IMG/VR virus record: IMGVR_UViG_3300027741_000253
Span: 1 to 25,308 of that record
Strand: one strand, 5' to 3'
DNA length: 25,308 nucleotides
Source: a virus
Lineage: Duplodnaviria; Caudoviricetes
Positions 7,858 to 16,572 of the stretch are shown here, piece after piece. The first letter of the stretch is position 1; every line of letters starts with the position of its first letter. The translations under genes and the position numbers were made by a program. A model generated the notes under the pieces. It ran no database searches. It saw only the letters and a program-made list of their open reading frames with translations, and had not been told where the DNA came from.

Positions 7858-7986
7858 GTGGGCTTGTTTTACATAGAAACAAATGAATACGACGACGTTC
7901 TGGTTGAGCTAAATCCAGACGATACTCGTGACCTTTTCACCGAAGAAAACGACAGCACTGTTAACCAACCAACTGGAGATCAATAA
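7858..7986 (+). CDS. small acidic protein (42 aa)
   Basis: Not in ORF track. AGGAG RBS, GTG start, TAATG overlap with the next gene; MGLFYIETNEYDDVLVELNPDDTRDLFTEENDSTVNQPTGDQ. Confidence 0.6.
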   Translation: MGLFYIETNEYDDVLVELNPDDTRDLFTEENDSTVNQPTGDQ

Positions 7987-8417
7987 TGGGCTTAGACATG
8001 TATTTGCACGCAAAACGTTACTTGTGGGACGCAGACAAAGACACTAAAGACAAGATTGCAGAAGCTTTGCCTGAGATCAAAGCTGAAGTCAAAACAATCG
8101 TTGTTGAAGCTGCTTATTGGCGTAAAGCTAATGCCATTCACGGGTGGTTTGTAGACAAAGTACAAGAAGGTGTAGACGATTGTGGAGAGTACAACGTCAC
8201 ACTGAAGCAACTACAAGACCTTGTAGCTTTATGCAAGGAGGTTCTTAGTAACAAAGAAAAAGCTCTTGAACTATTACCACCAACTAAAGGTTTCTTTTTT
8301 GGAGCTTCTGAAATTGATGATTGGTACATGGAGAACTTGCAGCTTACTGTCAATCAAATTGAAGAATGTTTGAAGTGGCCTGCTGAGTGGGACTTCTACT
8401 ACCACTCTTCTTGGTAA
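7986..8417 (+). CDS. conserved phage hypothetical protein (MGLDMY...YWRKANAIH family)
   Basis: GGAG RBS; motifs MGLDMYL, YWRKANAIHGWF, GFFFG and terminal YYHSSW. Confidence 0.85.
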   Translation: MGLDMYLHAKRYLWDADKDTKDKIAEALPEIKAEVKTIVVEAAYWRKANAIHGWFVDKVQEGVDDCGEYNVTLKQLQDLVALCKEVLSNKEKALELLPPTKGFFFGASEIDDWYMENLQLTVNQIEECLKWPAEWDFYYHSSW

Positions 8418-8421
8418 AGCA

Positions 8422-8479
8422 CTTTTACATGGCCTTGTACCAACAGGGCTATGTGGAGGCAATTTCGCCTATTCTGGAG
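8422..8479 (+). promoter_or_regulatory. hairpin-plus-RBS leader element, copy 2
   Basis: 17-bp stem with 5 G-U pairs, then GAGGCAATTTCGCCTATTCTGGAG. Confidence 0.55.
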
Positions 8480-8484
8480 CCACT

Positions 8485-8934
8485 ATGACTACCTCTGTCT
8501 TAGCGACTTTGTATGCAGCAGCAACTGAGAGCTTAGTCTCAGATGCGTCTGCTACGAGTACTTTTGAAAAGATGATTGCGGAAGCATTCACTCACGGAAC
8601 TGTAGAGACTTTCACTAGAGACTTGATTGAGACTGAAAAACAGATCAAGAAAGAATTTGAAGTCAAGTCTATGCCCGGGCCTTGGAGGTCTGGTAAATCT
8701 GTGTTGTTGTCTGCTATGAAGCTAAACATCAAGCTTGTAGACACCAATGGGAACTACTATGGCAAAACAGCTTTGCAAAACAAAATCAAGGCAATGAAAC
8801 TGGAGACTAAAGATCCTGTTACCAGCATTGAATATGCTGACAAGATCATCAAGCTTCTGATGAACACACCTGCTGAATTGGATGTAGGTTTGGTTTACCA
8901 AGCTGTTTCTGATTTTATTAAACATGCTGACTAA
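8485..8934 (+). CDS. hypothetical protein (149 aa)
   Basis: GGAG RBS; overlaps the start of the vWA gene. Confidence 0.8.
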   Translation: MTTSVLATLYAAATESLVSDASATSTFEKMIAEAFTHGTVETFTRDLIETEKQIKKEFEVKSMPGPWRSGKSVLLSAMKLNIKLVDTNGNYYGKTALQNKIKAMKLETKDPVTSIEYADKIIKLLMNTPAELDVGLVYQAVSDFIKHAD

Positions 8935-10729
8935 AGCTATTGAAGTCACAAAGTACATACGCGCCAGTGCAGGAAGGGCTGGCTTATCAGTACAGTTTGA
9001 GGACACTAATCAACCAAGGCACGACGGTAACACTATCTTCTTGCCAAAGATTACTATCTCAACTACTGAAAAACAACTCAAAGAGTTAATGACTTCGGTA
9101 GACCATGAGGTCGCACACGAACGTTTTAGCTCTTTTGATTTGTTGAAAGAGAAAAAACTTGATCCTTCTAGCGCACTGATGTTTGTGTGGAACTTCTTAG
9201 AAGACTCCCGCATTAACGCCATAGAAGCTAGAGAGTATCTAGGATTCCGATATAACTGGGATGAAACTTCATCTGGGATCATCAAGGCAATCTTAGAACG
9301 TAGCAACAAAATTGCAACGCCCACAGCGGCTCTAACGCGATCATTGCTGTGCTGGGAAGCTCCTATCACAGCACATCTCTTTCCGACGGTTGAGTCTGTC
9401 ACTAGTCACTTTAAAGCAGATAAGAAAATCATAGATGTTCTTAATAACTATTCTGATCGTCTTGTTGCTTGTCAGCAAGTTTTAGACAAACGACTTGGCA
9501 CACAAGCTACTTATGACATAGCTTTGGACATTCTTAAAGATCTTGGCATCAAGAACCCTGAAGAAATGCCGCCAGAAGCAAAAAGCAAAGCAGCTAAAAA
9601 GTCGTCTGAAACAGGTGAAGGCAAAACAGAAGAAACTACATCAACAGAAACAACTGATGATGAAGCTAATTCTGGAGAAGGTGAAAACAAAGAAAACAAC
9701 GACGATGAATACAAAATTATTACGGTAAAACTTACCAAAGATGATTTGGACAAATTGTCGTTGACTATGCCTACAACTGGTAAGAAGATGGGCAAAGTTG
9801 GCATCAACCATGAACCAGTTGACTTGCACAGCATGGACAAGTGGGACATGACAGACTATGAAAAATTCACTGTTGTTAACTACCCTAAAAATATTGGTAA
9901 TGCTCATTACTTTAGAGAAACACCTGACTCGCGGGAGTTTGTGCGTCAGTACAACATTCGTGTAGGAGAAAACTTAGTTTCTCAAGAAAACTTTGCACAA
10001 CAGGTACGTAGACTGATTCAAATCAGAGCTAGAGTTCAAACTCAATACGGCACAAAGAAAGGCAAGCTAGATCAATCTAGGTTGTCTCGTATTTGTTTTA
10101 ATGCACCCGGCTTTAACGAGCGTGTGTTCAAAACTCGTATTGAGAACAAAACTCTAGATGCTGCCATTTCAATTTTGGTTGACATGTCAGGCTCTATGAG
10201 TGGGTCTAAAGCGTATTACGCTCTTGCTTCTGCTTTGTTGATGAACGAAGTGTGTACTACGTTGCGTATCCCAGTTGAGATCGTTGGTTTTACTGACGAA
10301 AACATTAGTAGTGGTGGTGCATTACCAGTCATGTTTGTCTACAAAGCTTTTTCTGATTTGCATGTTAGCAATGATGTGTTGTTAGAAAACTTTGCAAAAA
10401 GCAGCAATTTCATGTGTGGCAATCCTGACGGTGAAAACATTCTGTGGGCTTACGAACGATTGCTTAAACGCAAAGAACGTAAACGTGTATTTGTTGTCAT
10501 GTCTGACGGTGAACCAGCAGCATCTAAATCTTCTTATGGTCTAGAAGCTTTTACAAAGCGTGTGATCAAAGAAATCGAACAAGCCAAAAAAGTAGACATT
10601 TATGGTCTTGGCTTACAAAGCAACAGCGTTAAACACTACTACTCAGCACATGACGTAGTAGATAAACCTGAGCAGATTCCGAGTAAGTTGTTATCCCTAA
10701 TAGAAAAGAAAGTGATTGGATATGTCTAG
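8924..10729 (+). CDS. CobT-like vWA-domain protein with N-terminal HExxH metallopeptidase-like domain
   Basis: DHEVAH...NFLEDSRIN, acidic linker, MIDAS DMSGSM, VVMSDGEP; adjacent to an AAA+ ATPase. Confidence 0.85.
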   Translation: MLTKAIEVTKYIRASAGRAGLSVQFEDTNQPRHDGNTIFLPKITISTTEKQLKELMTSVDHEVAHERFSSFDLLKEKKLDPSSALMFVWNFLEDSRINAIEAREYLGFRYNWDETSSGIIKAILERSNKIATPTAALTRSLLCWEAPITAHLFPTVESVTSHFKADKKIIDVLNNYSDRLVACQQVLDKRLGTQATYDIALDILKDLGIKNPEEMPPEAKSKAAKKSSETGEGKTEETTSTETTDDEANSGEGENKENNDDEYKIITVKLTKDDLDKLSLTMPTTGKKMGKVGINHEPVDLHSMDKWDMTDYEKFTVVNYPKNIGNAHYFRETPDSREFVRQYNIRVGENLVSQENFAQQVRRLIQIRARVQTQYGTKKGKLDQSRLSRICFNAPGFNERVFKTRIENKTLDAAISILVDMSGSMSGSKAYYALASALLMNEVCTTLRIPVEIVGFTDENISSGGALPVMFVYKAFSDLHVSNDVLLENFAKSSNFMCGNPDGENILWAYERLLKRKERKRVFVVMSDGEPAASKSSYGLEAFTKRVIKEIEQAKKVDIYGLGLQSNSVKHYYSAHDVVDKPEQIPSKLLSLIEKKVIGYV

Positions 10730-11864
10730 TACTGACAAAGTGGAGCATCTTGTGAAAGAAGCACTTAAAGAAGCAATGGAGAAACGTAAATTGTCTACTA
10801 CAGCGGTTCCTCCTGTAAAACCACCTGACCTCCTTATGGACATGCTTGGTAAAGAAGAAATGGTAAAGCCAATTACAGTAAGCAGTGATGCTCCCAAAGG
10901 CATTGTGTTAAAAGCAAATCAACAGTTGTTTTCAACTGTTACTAGTACCACGGGCATGGATTGGAACTCAGACTTTCCAGTCACAGTGTTTGACAAATAT
11001 GAGTGGGATGAACGTATTGCCTTGTTTATTCCAGAAGTTGATCCTGAGTATGTCATTGACACGGATCTGGCTATGAGCATCTTGCGTGCTTGGGAAATGA
11101 ACGAAAAGGTACTTTGCTACGGCCCAACAGGTGCTGGCAAATCATCGTTGATTGAACAGTTGTGCGCTCGTACTTCTCGTCCTTTTGTCCGTATTAACTG
11201 CACAGGTGACATGGACTCGTCAATGATCTTTGGTCAACTGACTGCCAAAGATGGTTCTACACAATGGGTAGACGGTGCTGTTACCGAAGCTGTACGCTAC
11301 GGTGCTGTGTTTGCTTGGGACGAATGGGACGTAACACCTCCCGAAATCTCAATGGGTTTGCAATGGCTCTTAGAAGACAACGGCAAGCTCTTTCTCAAAG
11401 AGATGCCGGGTAACACCAAAGATCGTCAGATCATTCCACACGAACACTTCAAACTTGTGGCTATCGGCAACACACAGGGTCAAGGCGACGATACAGGTTC
11501 ACATGCAGGTACAAACGTACAAAACTCTGCTACGCTAGATCGCTTTGGTACTGCTGTATACATTGGGTATCTAGCACCTGAAGTAGAAGAAAAGATGATT
11601 CAAAACAAATGGTCATCAGTTATTACCAAGAAAGCAACCAAAGAGCTTGTTAAACTTGCTAATTTGGTTCGCCAAGGTTATACCAGTGGTCAGTTGAATT
11701 TGACTCTCTCACCTCGTTCATTGTTTAGCATCTGCAAAAAGCTTTCGTATGGTTCATCTCTTACAAAAGCTTATCAGCTTGTGTATCTCAACAAGCTGAA
11801 CGACACACAACGTAAAGTTGCAAACGAACTGTTTGTAAAAGTTTACGGCACATCTCACATCTAA
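10722..11864 (+). CDS. CobS/MoxR-like AAA+ ATPase
   Basis: Walker A GPTGAGKS, Walker B FAWDEWD, ATLDRF arginine finger, SPR sensor II. ATG 10722 preferred to TTG 10716. Confidence 0.88.
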   Translation: MSSTDKVEHLVKEALKEAMEKRKLSTTAVPPVKPPDLLMDMLGKEEMVKPITVSSDAPKGIVLKANQQLFSTVTSTTGMDWNSDFPVTVFDKYEWDERIALFIPEVDPEYVIDTDLAMSILRAWEMNEKVLCYGPTGAGKSSLIEQLCARTSRPFVRINCTGDMDSSMIFGQLTAKDGSTQWVDGAVTEAVRYGAVFAWDEWDVTPPEISMGLQWLLEDNGKLFLKEMPGNTKDRQIIPHEHFKLVAIGNTQGQGDDTGSHAGTNVQNSATLDRFGTAVYIGYLAPEVEEKMIQNKWSSVITKKATKELVKLANLVRQGYTSGQLNLTLSPRSLFSICKKLSYGSSLTKAYQLVYLNKLNDTQRKVANELFVKVYGTSHI

Positions 11865-11877
11865 AAATTCAAAAACT

Positions 11878-11907
11878 CAACAGCTCCACACGGGGCTGTT
11901 GCCTTTT
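11878..11907 (+). terminator. putative intrinsic terminator
   Basis: CAACAGCTCC-acac-GGGGCTGTTG stem followed by ccTTTT. Confidence 0.5.
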
Positions 11908-11925
11908 GTGTTTATAGGAAATCAC

Positions 11926-12735
11926 ATGATTGATCGCACACTCATCAAAACAGTTGGATCTGCTGCCGTTAACATTGGAGACCAAATCCATGTTAACCAC
12001 ACAGGATGCCCTGCTGGTGAAGACAAAAAACGTAGGCTGTACGTCAAACGTACTCCTACTGGTCTGGTTGCTTACTGCCATCATTGCAACGAAGCAGGCT
12101 TTGCTTCTGATCATGGGTCACGTTTATCTACATGGCTTACGCTCAAAGATGAGTCAGTTTATGAGCTCAATAAACCGCCAATTTTAAAATGGATTGAGCC
12201 TACTGCATCATTGTGGTTGTATAAATACCACATCCTACCAAACAACACATGTTTTAACGGTGTGGTTGATCACCCAGACCAAGTTGCACTTACACTTTTC
12301 AACCCCAACGGAGACGTTATTGGCTGGCAAGTACGTAACCTCAAACCGGGAGCAACACCCAAATACATTACGACCTACAACAGAGAATTTGACAAAGGTG
12401 AAAGTTGTTGGTTTAAGTCTGCTGGAAATGCTTTGTTTATTACCGAAGACTATCTCAGCGCATACCGCATCAACTCACAAACAGGCAACAGCTCTGTAGC
12501 GTTACTAAGAACAACACTCACAGACAGAACCTTACTCCAAATTTACGACCTCAACTATGACCACGTTTTTATTTGGTTAGACCCCGATGAAGCAGGCATG
12601 AAAGGAGCAGCTAAAGTAGAGAAAGACCTAAAACACTTTCTTCCAACAACCACCAACATCAAAGTAATTAACGTTGGCAAAGAGCCAAAAGAATGTTCAG
12701 CTACTGAACTTAACAAGATAATTTTGGAGCTTTAA
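11926..12735 (+). CDS. DNA primase (Zn-binding plus TOPRIM)
   Basis: HxxC...CHHC zinc motif, TOPRIM ITEDYLSA and WLDPDEAG; ATG 11926 with AGGA RBS. Confidence 0.85.
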   Translation: MIDRTLIKTVGSAAVNIGDQIHVNHTGCPAGEDKKRRLYVKRTPTGLVAYCHHCNEAGFASDHGSRLSTWLTLKDESVYELNKPPILKWIEPTASLWLYKYHILPNNTCFNGVVDHPDQVALTLFNPNGDVIGWQVRNLKPGATPKYITTYNREFDKGESCWFKSAGNALFITEDYLSAYRINSQTGNSSVALLRTTLTDRTLLQIYDLNYDHVFIWLDPDEAGMKGAAKVEKDLKHFLPTTTNIKVINVGKEPKECSATELNKIILEL

Positions 12736-14000
12736 TGGACTACGATGTCTTATTTCTTTGTGCTGAAAGCAAAGAAAATCTATACAAATACAGGCGACAC
12801 ATCAAACCACATGTGGTAGCCAAAGAAACAAACATCATCCTTGACGGGATGGACAGGTACTACAAAACATTTCCATCGCTAACAACGTTTAACTGGGAAT
12901 CGTTCTCTGCGTATCTTATTGCAGACCAAAGCAAACGTCTTACAGAAGACTCGCTAGTCAAACTGCGTATCACACTGACCAAAGCAAAAAGCTACACACC
13001 ACACGTAGCACACGAGGAAGTCATCAAGAGCGTCATAGAGCTTGATTACTTGGCTCAGATTATGGAAGAGTGTGAGCGTGTTCGTGAAGGCGCTAGTGAC
13101 CTAGAACACGTACACATCCTTGCAACTGATGCTCTCAAGAGCGTGGAGAGATTCATTGAAAAAGACGAATTGTTTGTATCTGCTGACTTATCTAGTATTG
13201 CAGATCGCATCAGTAGTACTGGTTATGAGTGGCGATTGGATGTCCTCAATCGTTCTCTTGGGCCTTTGCGTAGTGGTAACTTTATTATTGTTGCAGCGCG
13301 TGTTGAGGTAGGTAAAACAACATTCCTTGCAAGCGAGGTCAGCTACATAGCACAACAGTTGCCCAAAGAACGTCCTGTTGTGTGGGTCAACAACGAAGAA
13401 GAATCTTCTGTCGTGTTCTTTCGTATTGTTCAAGCTACGCTTGGTATGGAGTCTAAGCACATCATTGCTGATTCAGCTAAAGCTATGGCTGACTACACAG
13501 CTCTTATGAGTGGTGACAAAGACAAGATACGTGTTACTAAAGACACCAACAATGTCCGTGACCTAGAGACTTTGTTTCGTGAAGTTAACCCGGGCATGAT
13601 TATCTTTGATCAGCTCGACAAAGTTAGTGGCTTTGACAAAGGAGATGAACGTGAAGACATCAAACTGGGTAAGATTTATAAATGGGCTAGGGAACTTGCC
13701 AGAACTTATGGCCCTGTCATTGCAGCTTCTCAGCTTAGTGCTACGGCTGTGGATCTTAAAGATCCTCCGTTTATCGGTTTGGATGCTCTCCGTGGAAGTA
13801 AGACGGACAAACCGGGTGAAGCAGACGTTGTTATCACTCTTGGAAAATACAAGGAGCCTAAAAGCCCAGAAGAAGAAATAATCCGCACTATCAATGTTCC
13901 TAAGAACAAATTGCCCGGTGGCGGGCCTAAGCACATGGAATCTGAACGTCATGGTCAGTTCCTTGTAACCATAGATCCAATCAGAGCAAGATTTGAATGA
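12735..14000 (+). CDS. DnaB-like (SF4) replicative helicase
   Basis: AARVEVGKT Walker A, IIFDQLD Walker B, ASQLS motif H3; follows the primase. Confidence 0.88.
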   Translation: MDYDVLFLCAESKENLYKYRRHIKPHVVAKETNIILDGMDRYYKTFPSLTTFNWESFSAYLIADQSKRLTEDSLVKLRITLTKAKSYTPHVAHEEVIKSVIELDYLAQIMEECERVREGASDLEHVHILATDALKSVERFIEKDELFVSADLSSIADRISSTGYEWRLDVLNRSLGPLRSGNFIIVAARVEVGKTTFLASEVSYIAQQLPKERPVVWVNNEEESSVVFFRIVQATLGMESKHIIADSAKAMADYTALMSGDKDKIRVTKDTNNVRDLETLFREVNPGMIIFDQLDKVSGFDKGDEREDIKLGKIYKWARELARTYGPVIAASQLSATAVDLKDPPFIGLDALRGSKTDKPGEADVVITLGKYKEPKSPEEEIIRTINVPKNKLPGGGPKHMESERHGQFLVTIDPIRARFE

Positions 14001-15928
14001 AACCTTTCTTTGTAGCTATAGACGTTGAGACAACACTCAACGGCAACGAAGACGTAGGGTCAGCACACCCTATGCACCCAGACAACAAAGTAGTGTTGTA
14101 TGGGATACATCGGGGTCTAGGCCCTGCTGTAACAGACAATCCCAAAGACTTTAAACGATCTGTAGCAGAAACAGTTGGTCTTAACTCCACCTATTGTGGC
14201 TGCAACATTTCGTTTGACTTGTTGTATTTGTATCGTGAGAGTCCTGCTCTCAAATCTGTGTTTCAAGAATCAAAGATTTGGGACATACAACTTGCTGAAT
14301 ACATCCTTACAGGACAACGCAGCAAATGGGCTAGTCTTGATGAGATGGCTGTTAAGTACGGCTTGCCAGTTAAAGATGAAAAGATCAAAGCTTACTTCCA
14401 AGCAGGTCTTGGGTCTGACAAGATTCCTCGTGAAGAACTGGAACCTTATCTCAAACATGATCTGGAGATCACACAACGTATTGCTGAGTTGCAATACAAC
14501 GAAGCATACGGCAATGGTCAACTAACACTCATCTACACACAGATGGAAGCACTACACGCAACCACTGAGATGATGTTTAATGGTCTTAAAATTGACGAAG
14601 ACAGGCTGTCTAAATACACAGTAGAAGTTGTTGACCAATACGTTGAAGTTAAATTGAATCTAGAAGAACTTGTTGTTGGCAGCATAGATGACATCAACAG
14701 TCCTAAGCAATGGAGTCAGTTTTTCTTTGGTGGTAGTAAACGTATCAAAGTCAAAGAAGAAGTTGGTCTGTACAAGAATGGCAATCCCAAGTTCAAGCTT
14801 GTAGAAAAACTTGTTGAGATCTTGCCTGCTGTAAAGTACGTTCCTGATCCAGAAAAAGTGTCAGCTAAAACTGGTCAGGTCAGTGTAGACGACTCCGTTC
14901 TTAGTAACATGCTCGACCACACGTTTGATCCTAAGATTCAAGCTGTAATTAAAGAGTTGCTAAAGTACCGGGAGCTGTCAAAGCAACTGTCTACTTACGT
15001 GCAAGGCTTGTCTAAACATGTGATCAACGGATTTATTCACGGCAAGCTTAATCACACAGCAACTGTCACAGGTCGTCTGTCTTCTACCAGTCCTAATTTA
15101 CAAAATATTAGTAATAACCCTATCAAACAAATCTTTGTTTCAAGGTATGATGGCGGCCTTATTGTCGAAGTTGACTTCAACCAATTGGAGGTTGTAGCTC
15201 TTGCCCATGTGACTAAGGACAAGCAGCTCATAGCAGACATTGGTGGAGGTGCAGACATTCACTCAGAGCTATACAAAGACATGTTTGGCAGGTATCCAAC
15301 TAAAGAAGAACGTAAGCCTTTTAAATCAAGGACGTTCCAACTTATCTACGGTGCAGGTGCTAAAGCTATTAGCAAACAGGCTGGTTGCAGCCTTGACGAA
15401 GCTAAGAAGTTTATTGATGTCTTTTATGGTCGTTACCCACAAGTTGCAGACTGGCACACCTCTTTTGCTAAAAAGGTTGAGACTGATGCTTCCTATGATC
15501 TTGATAAAGATGGATTCCGGGAGAAGTTTAGGTCTTACACACTAAACACTGAAACTGGACGCAAGTTTGTATTTACTGAGTACTACAACGAATCAAGTTG
15601 GTCTACTCGTACATACAACTTCAGCCCAACAGAACTTAAGAACTACCCGGTTCAAGGATTAGCTACGGGTGATATTGTCCCAATGATGTTGGGCATTATT
15701 TTTCGCAAGCTAAAGGATAGGGACGATGTGAAGATGGTTAACACTATTCACGACTCCCTAATGTTTGATGTCAAAGGCGATTCTGCCGCTAACTTTATAT
15801 TGGAGATTACTGATGTTCTAAAAGAAACACACAAATATTTTGAAGAGATATTTAAGAAGCCACTAGCACTGAAGCTCAATGCAGGCGCTAGTTATGGTTC
15901 CAATTGGTTTGATATGAAAGAAGTTTAA
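13997..15928 (+). CDS. polA: DNA polymerase family A with 3'-5' exonuclease
   Basis: ExoI AIDVET, TVTGRLSS..PNLQN, motif A DFNQLE, motif B RKPFKSRTFQLIYG, NYPVQG, motif C IHDS. Confidence 0.95.
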   Translation: MKPFFVAIDVETTLNGNEDVGSAHPMHPDNKVVLYGIHRGLGPAVTDNPKDFKRSVAETVGLNSTYCGCNISFDLLYLYRESPALKSVFQESKIWDIQLAEYILTGQRSKWASLDEMAVKYGLPVKDEKIKAYFQAGLGSDKIPREELEPYLKHDLEITQRIAELQYNEAYGNGQLTLIYTQMEALHATTEMMFNGLKIDEDRLSKYTVEVVDQYVEVKLNLEELVVGSIDDINSPKQWSQFFFGGSKRIKVKEEVGLYKNGNPKFKLVEKLVEILPAVKYVPDPEKVSAKTGQVSVDDSVLSNMLDHTFDPKIQAVIKELLKYRELSKQLSTYVQGLSKHVINGFIHGKLNHTATVTGRLSSTSPNLQNISNNPIKQIFVSRYDGGLIVEVDFNQLEVVALAHVTKDKQLIADIGGGADIHSELYKDMFGRYPTKEERKPFKSRTFQLIYGAGAKAISKQAGCSLDEAKKFIDVFYGRYPQVADWHTSFAKKVETDASYDLDKDGFREKFRSYTLNTETGRKFVFTEYYNESSWSTRTYNFSPTELKNYPVQGLATGDIVPMMLGIIFRKLKDRDDVKMVNTIHDSLMFDVKGDSAANFILEITDVLKETHKYFEEIFKKPLALKLNAGASYGSNWFDMKEV

Positions 15929-15929
15929 G

Positions 15930-16457
15930 ATGACGATGATGTCTGGCGTTGTGGAAGCCGTATCCACTAAAGATGTAACTACTAAATTTGGCACTAAGCC
16001 AACCTACTCGTTTAAAGTAAACGGTACTTGGATTAAGTGCGGTTTCAAAAATCCTAACGTTGACGTTGGTTACACTGTTGACTTTGATGGTGTCACAGGT
16101 ACGTATGGTGTAGAGACTAAAGCAGTCAACATCACTAGCCGTTCACCAGCACCTGTAGCAGCTCCTGCTGTTACTAGTATTGCAGGTGCTAAACCTGCTT
16201 ACAGCAGCTACAAAGAAAAAGTGTTTCCTATCCCAGCTTTGCATGGTGATCGTGCAATTATTCGTCAAAACGCACTAGCTCGTGCTACTGACTTGTACAT
16301 TGCAGCTCGTGGTGCTAAGCCGTTTGACTTGGACAAAAGCAATCTTAGTTTGATTATTGAGTTTGCTCGTACCTTTGAGGCGTATACAGCAGGTGATTTA
16401 GACATGGCAGAAGCTATGAATGAAGCTGGTGCTGAAAACGAAGCAAACTTGTTCTAA
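15930..16457 (+). CDS. putative single-stranded DNA-binding protein
   Basis: Beta-rich OB-like N-terminus, Pro/Ala linker, acidic C-terminus ending in F; lies between polymerase and exonuclease. Confidence 0.5.
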   Translation: MTMMSGVVEAVSTKDVTTKFGTKPTYSFKVNGTWIKCGFKNPNVDVGYTVDFDGVTGTYGVETKAVNITSRSPAPVAAPAVTSIAGAKPAYSSYKEKVFPIPALHGDRAIIRQNALARATDLYIAARGAKPFDLDKSNLSLIIEFARTFEAYTAGDLDMAEAMNEAGAENEANLF

Positions 16458-16465
16458 AATGTTTT

Positions 16466-16555
16466 GGGGGCTGTTAAGCCAGCAATCGAGGATGTCAACG
16501 TAGGAAGTTTTCTGGCTTTCTGTCCTACCTAGTTGAAGACCAAATCGAAGCCCCC
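16466..16555 (+). ncRNA. candidate structured RNA with pseudoknot
   Basis: Four nested helices plus 7-bp loop/bulge complementarity (AAGCCAG/CTGGCTT). Confidence 0.5.
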
Positions 16556-16572
16556 TCTTTTAAAGATAACAA

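Noticed and set aside
8924-11864. Cobalamin biosynthesis (cobST) as an auxiliary metabolic function
   Set aside because: No cobN or other cob genes; a generic MoxR-vWA module explains the motifs
16466-16555. tRNA or known self-cleaving ribozyme
   Set aside because: No cloverleaf or T-loop GTTCRA; no CUGANGA/GAAA hammerhead core and no twister, pistol or HDV consensus recognisable by eye
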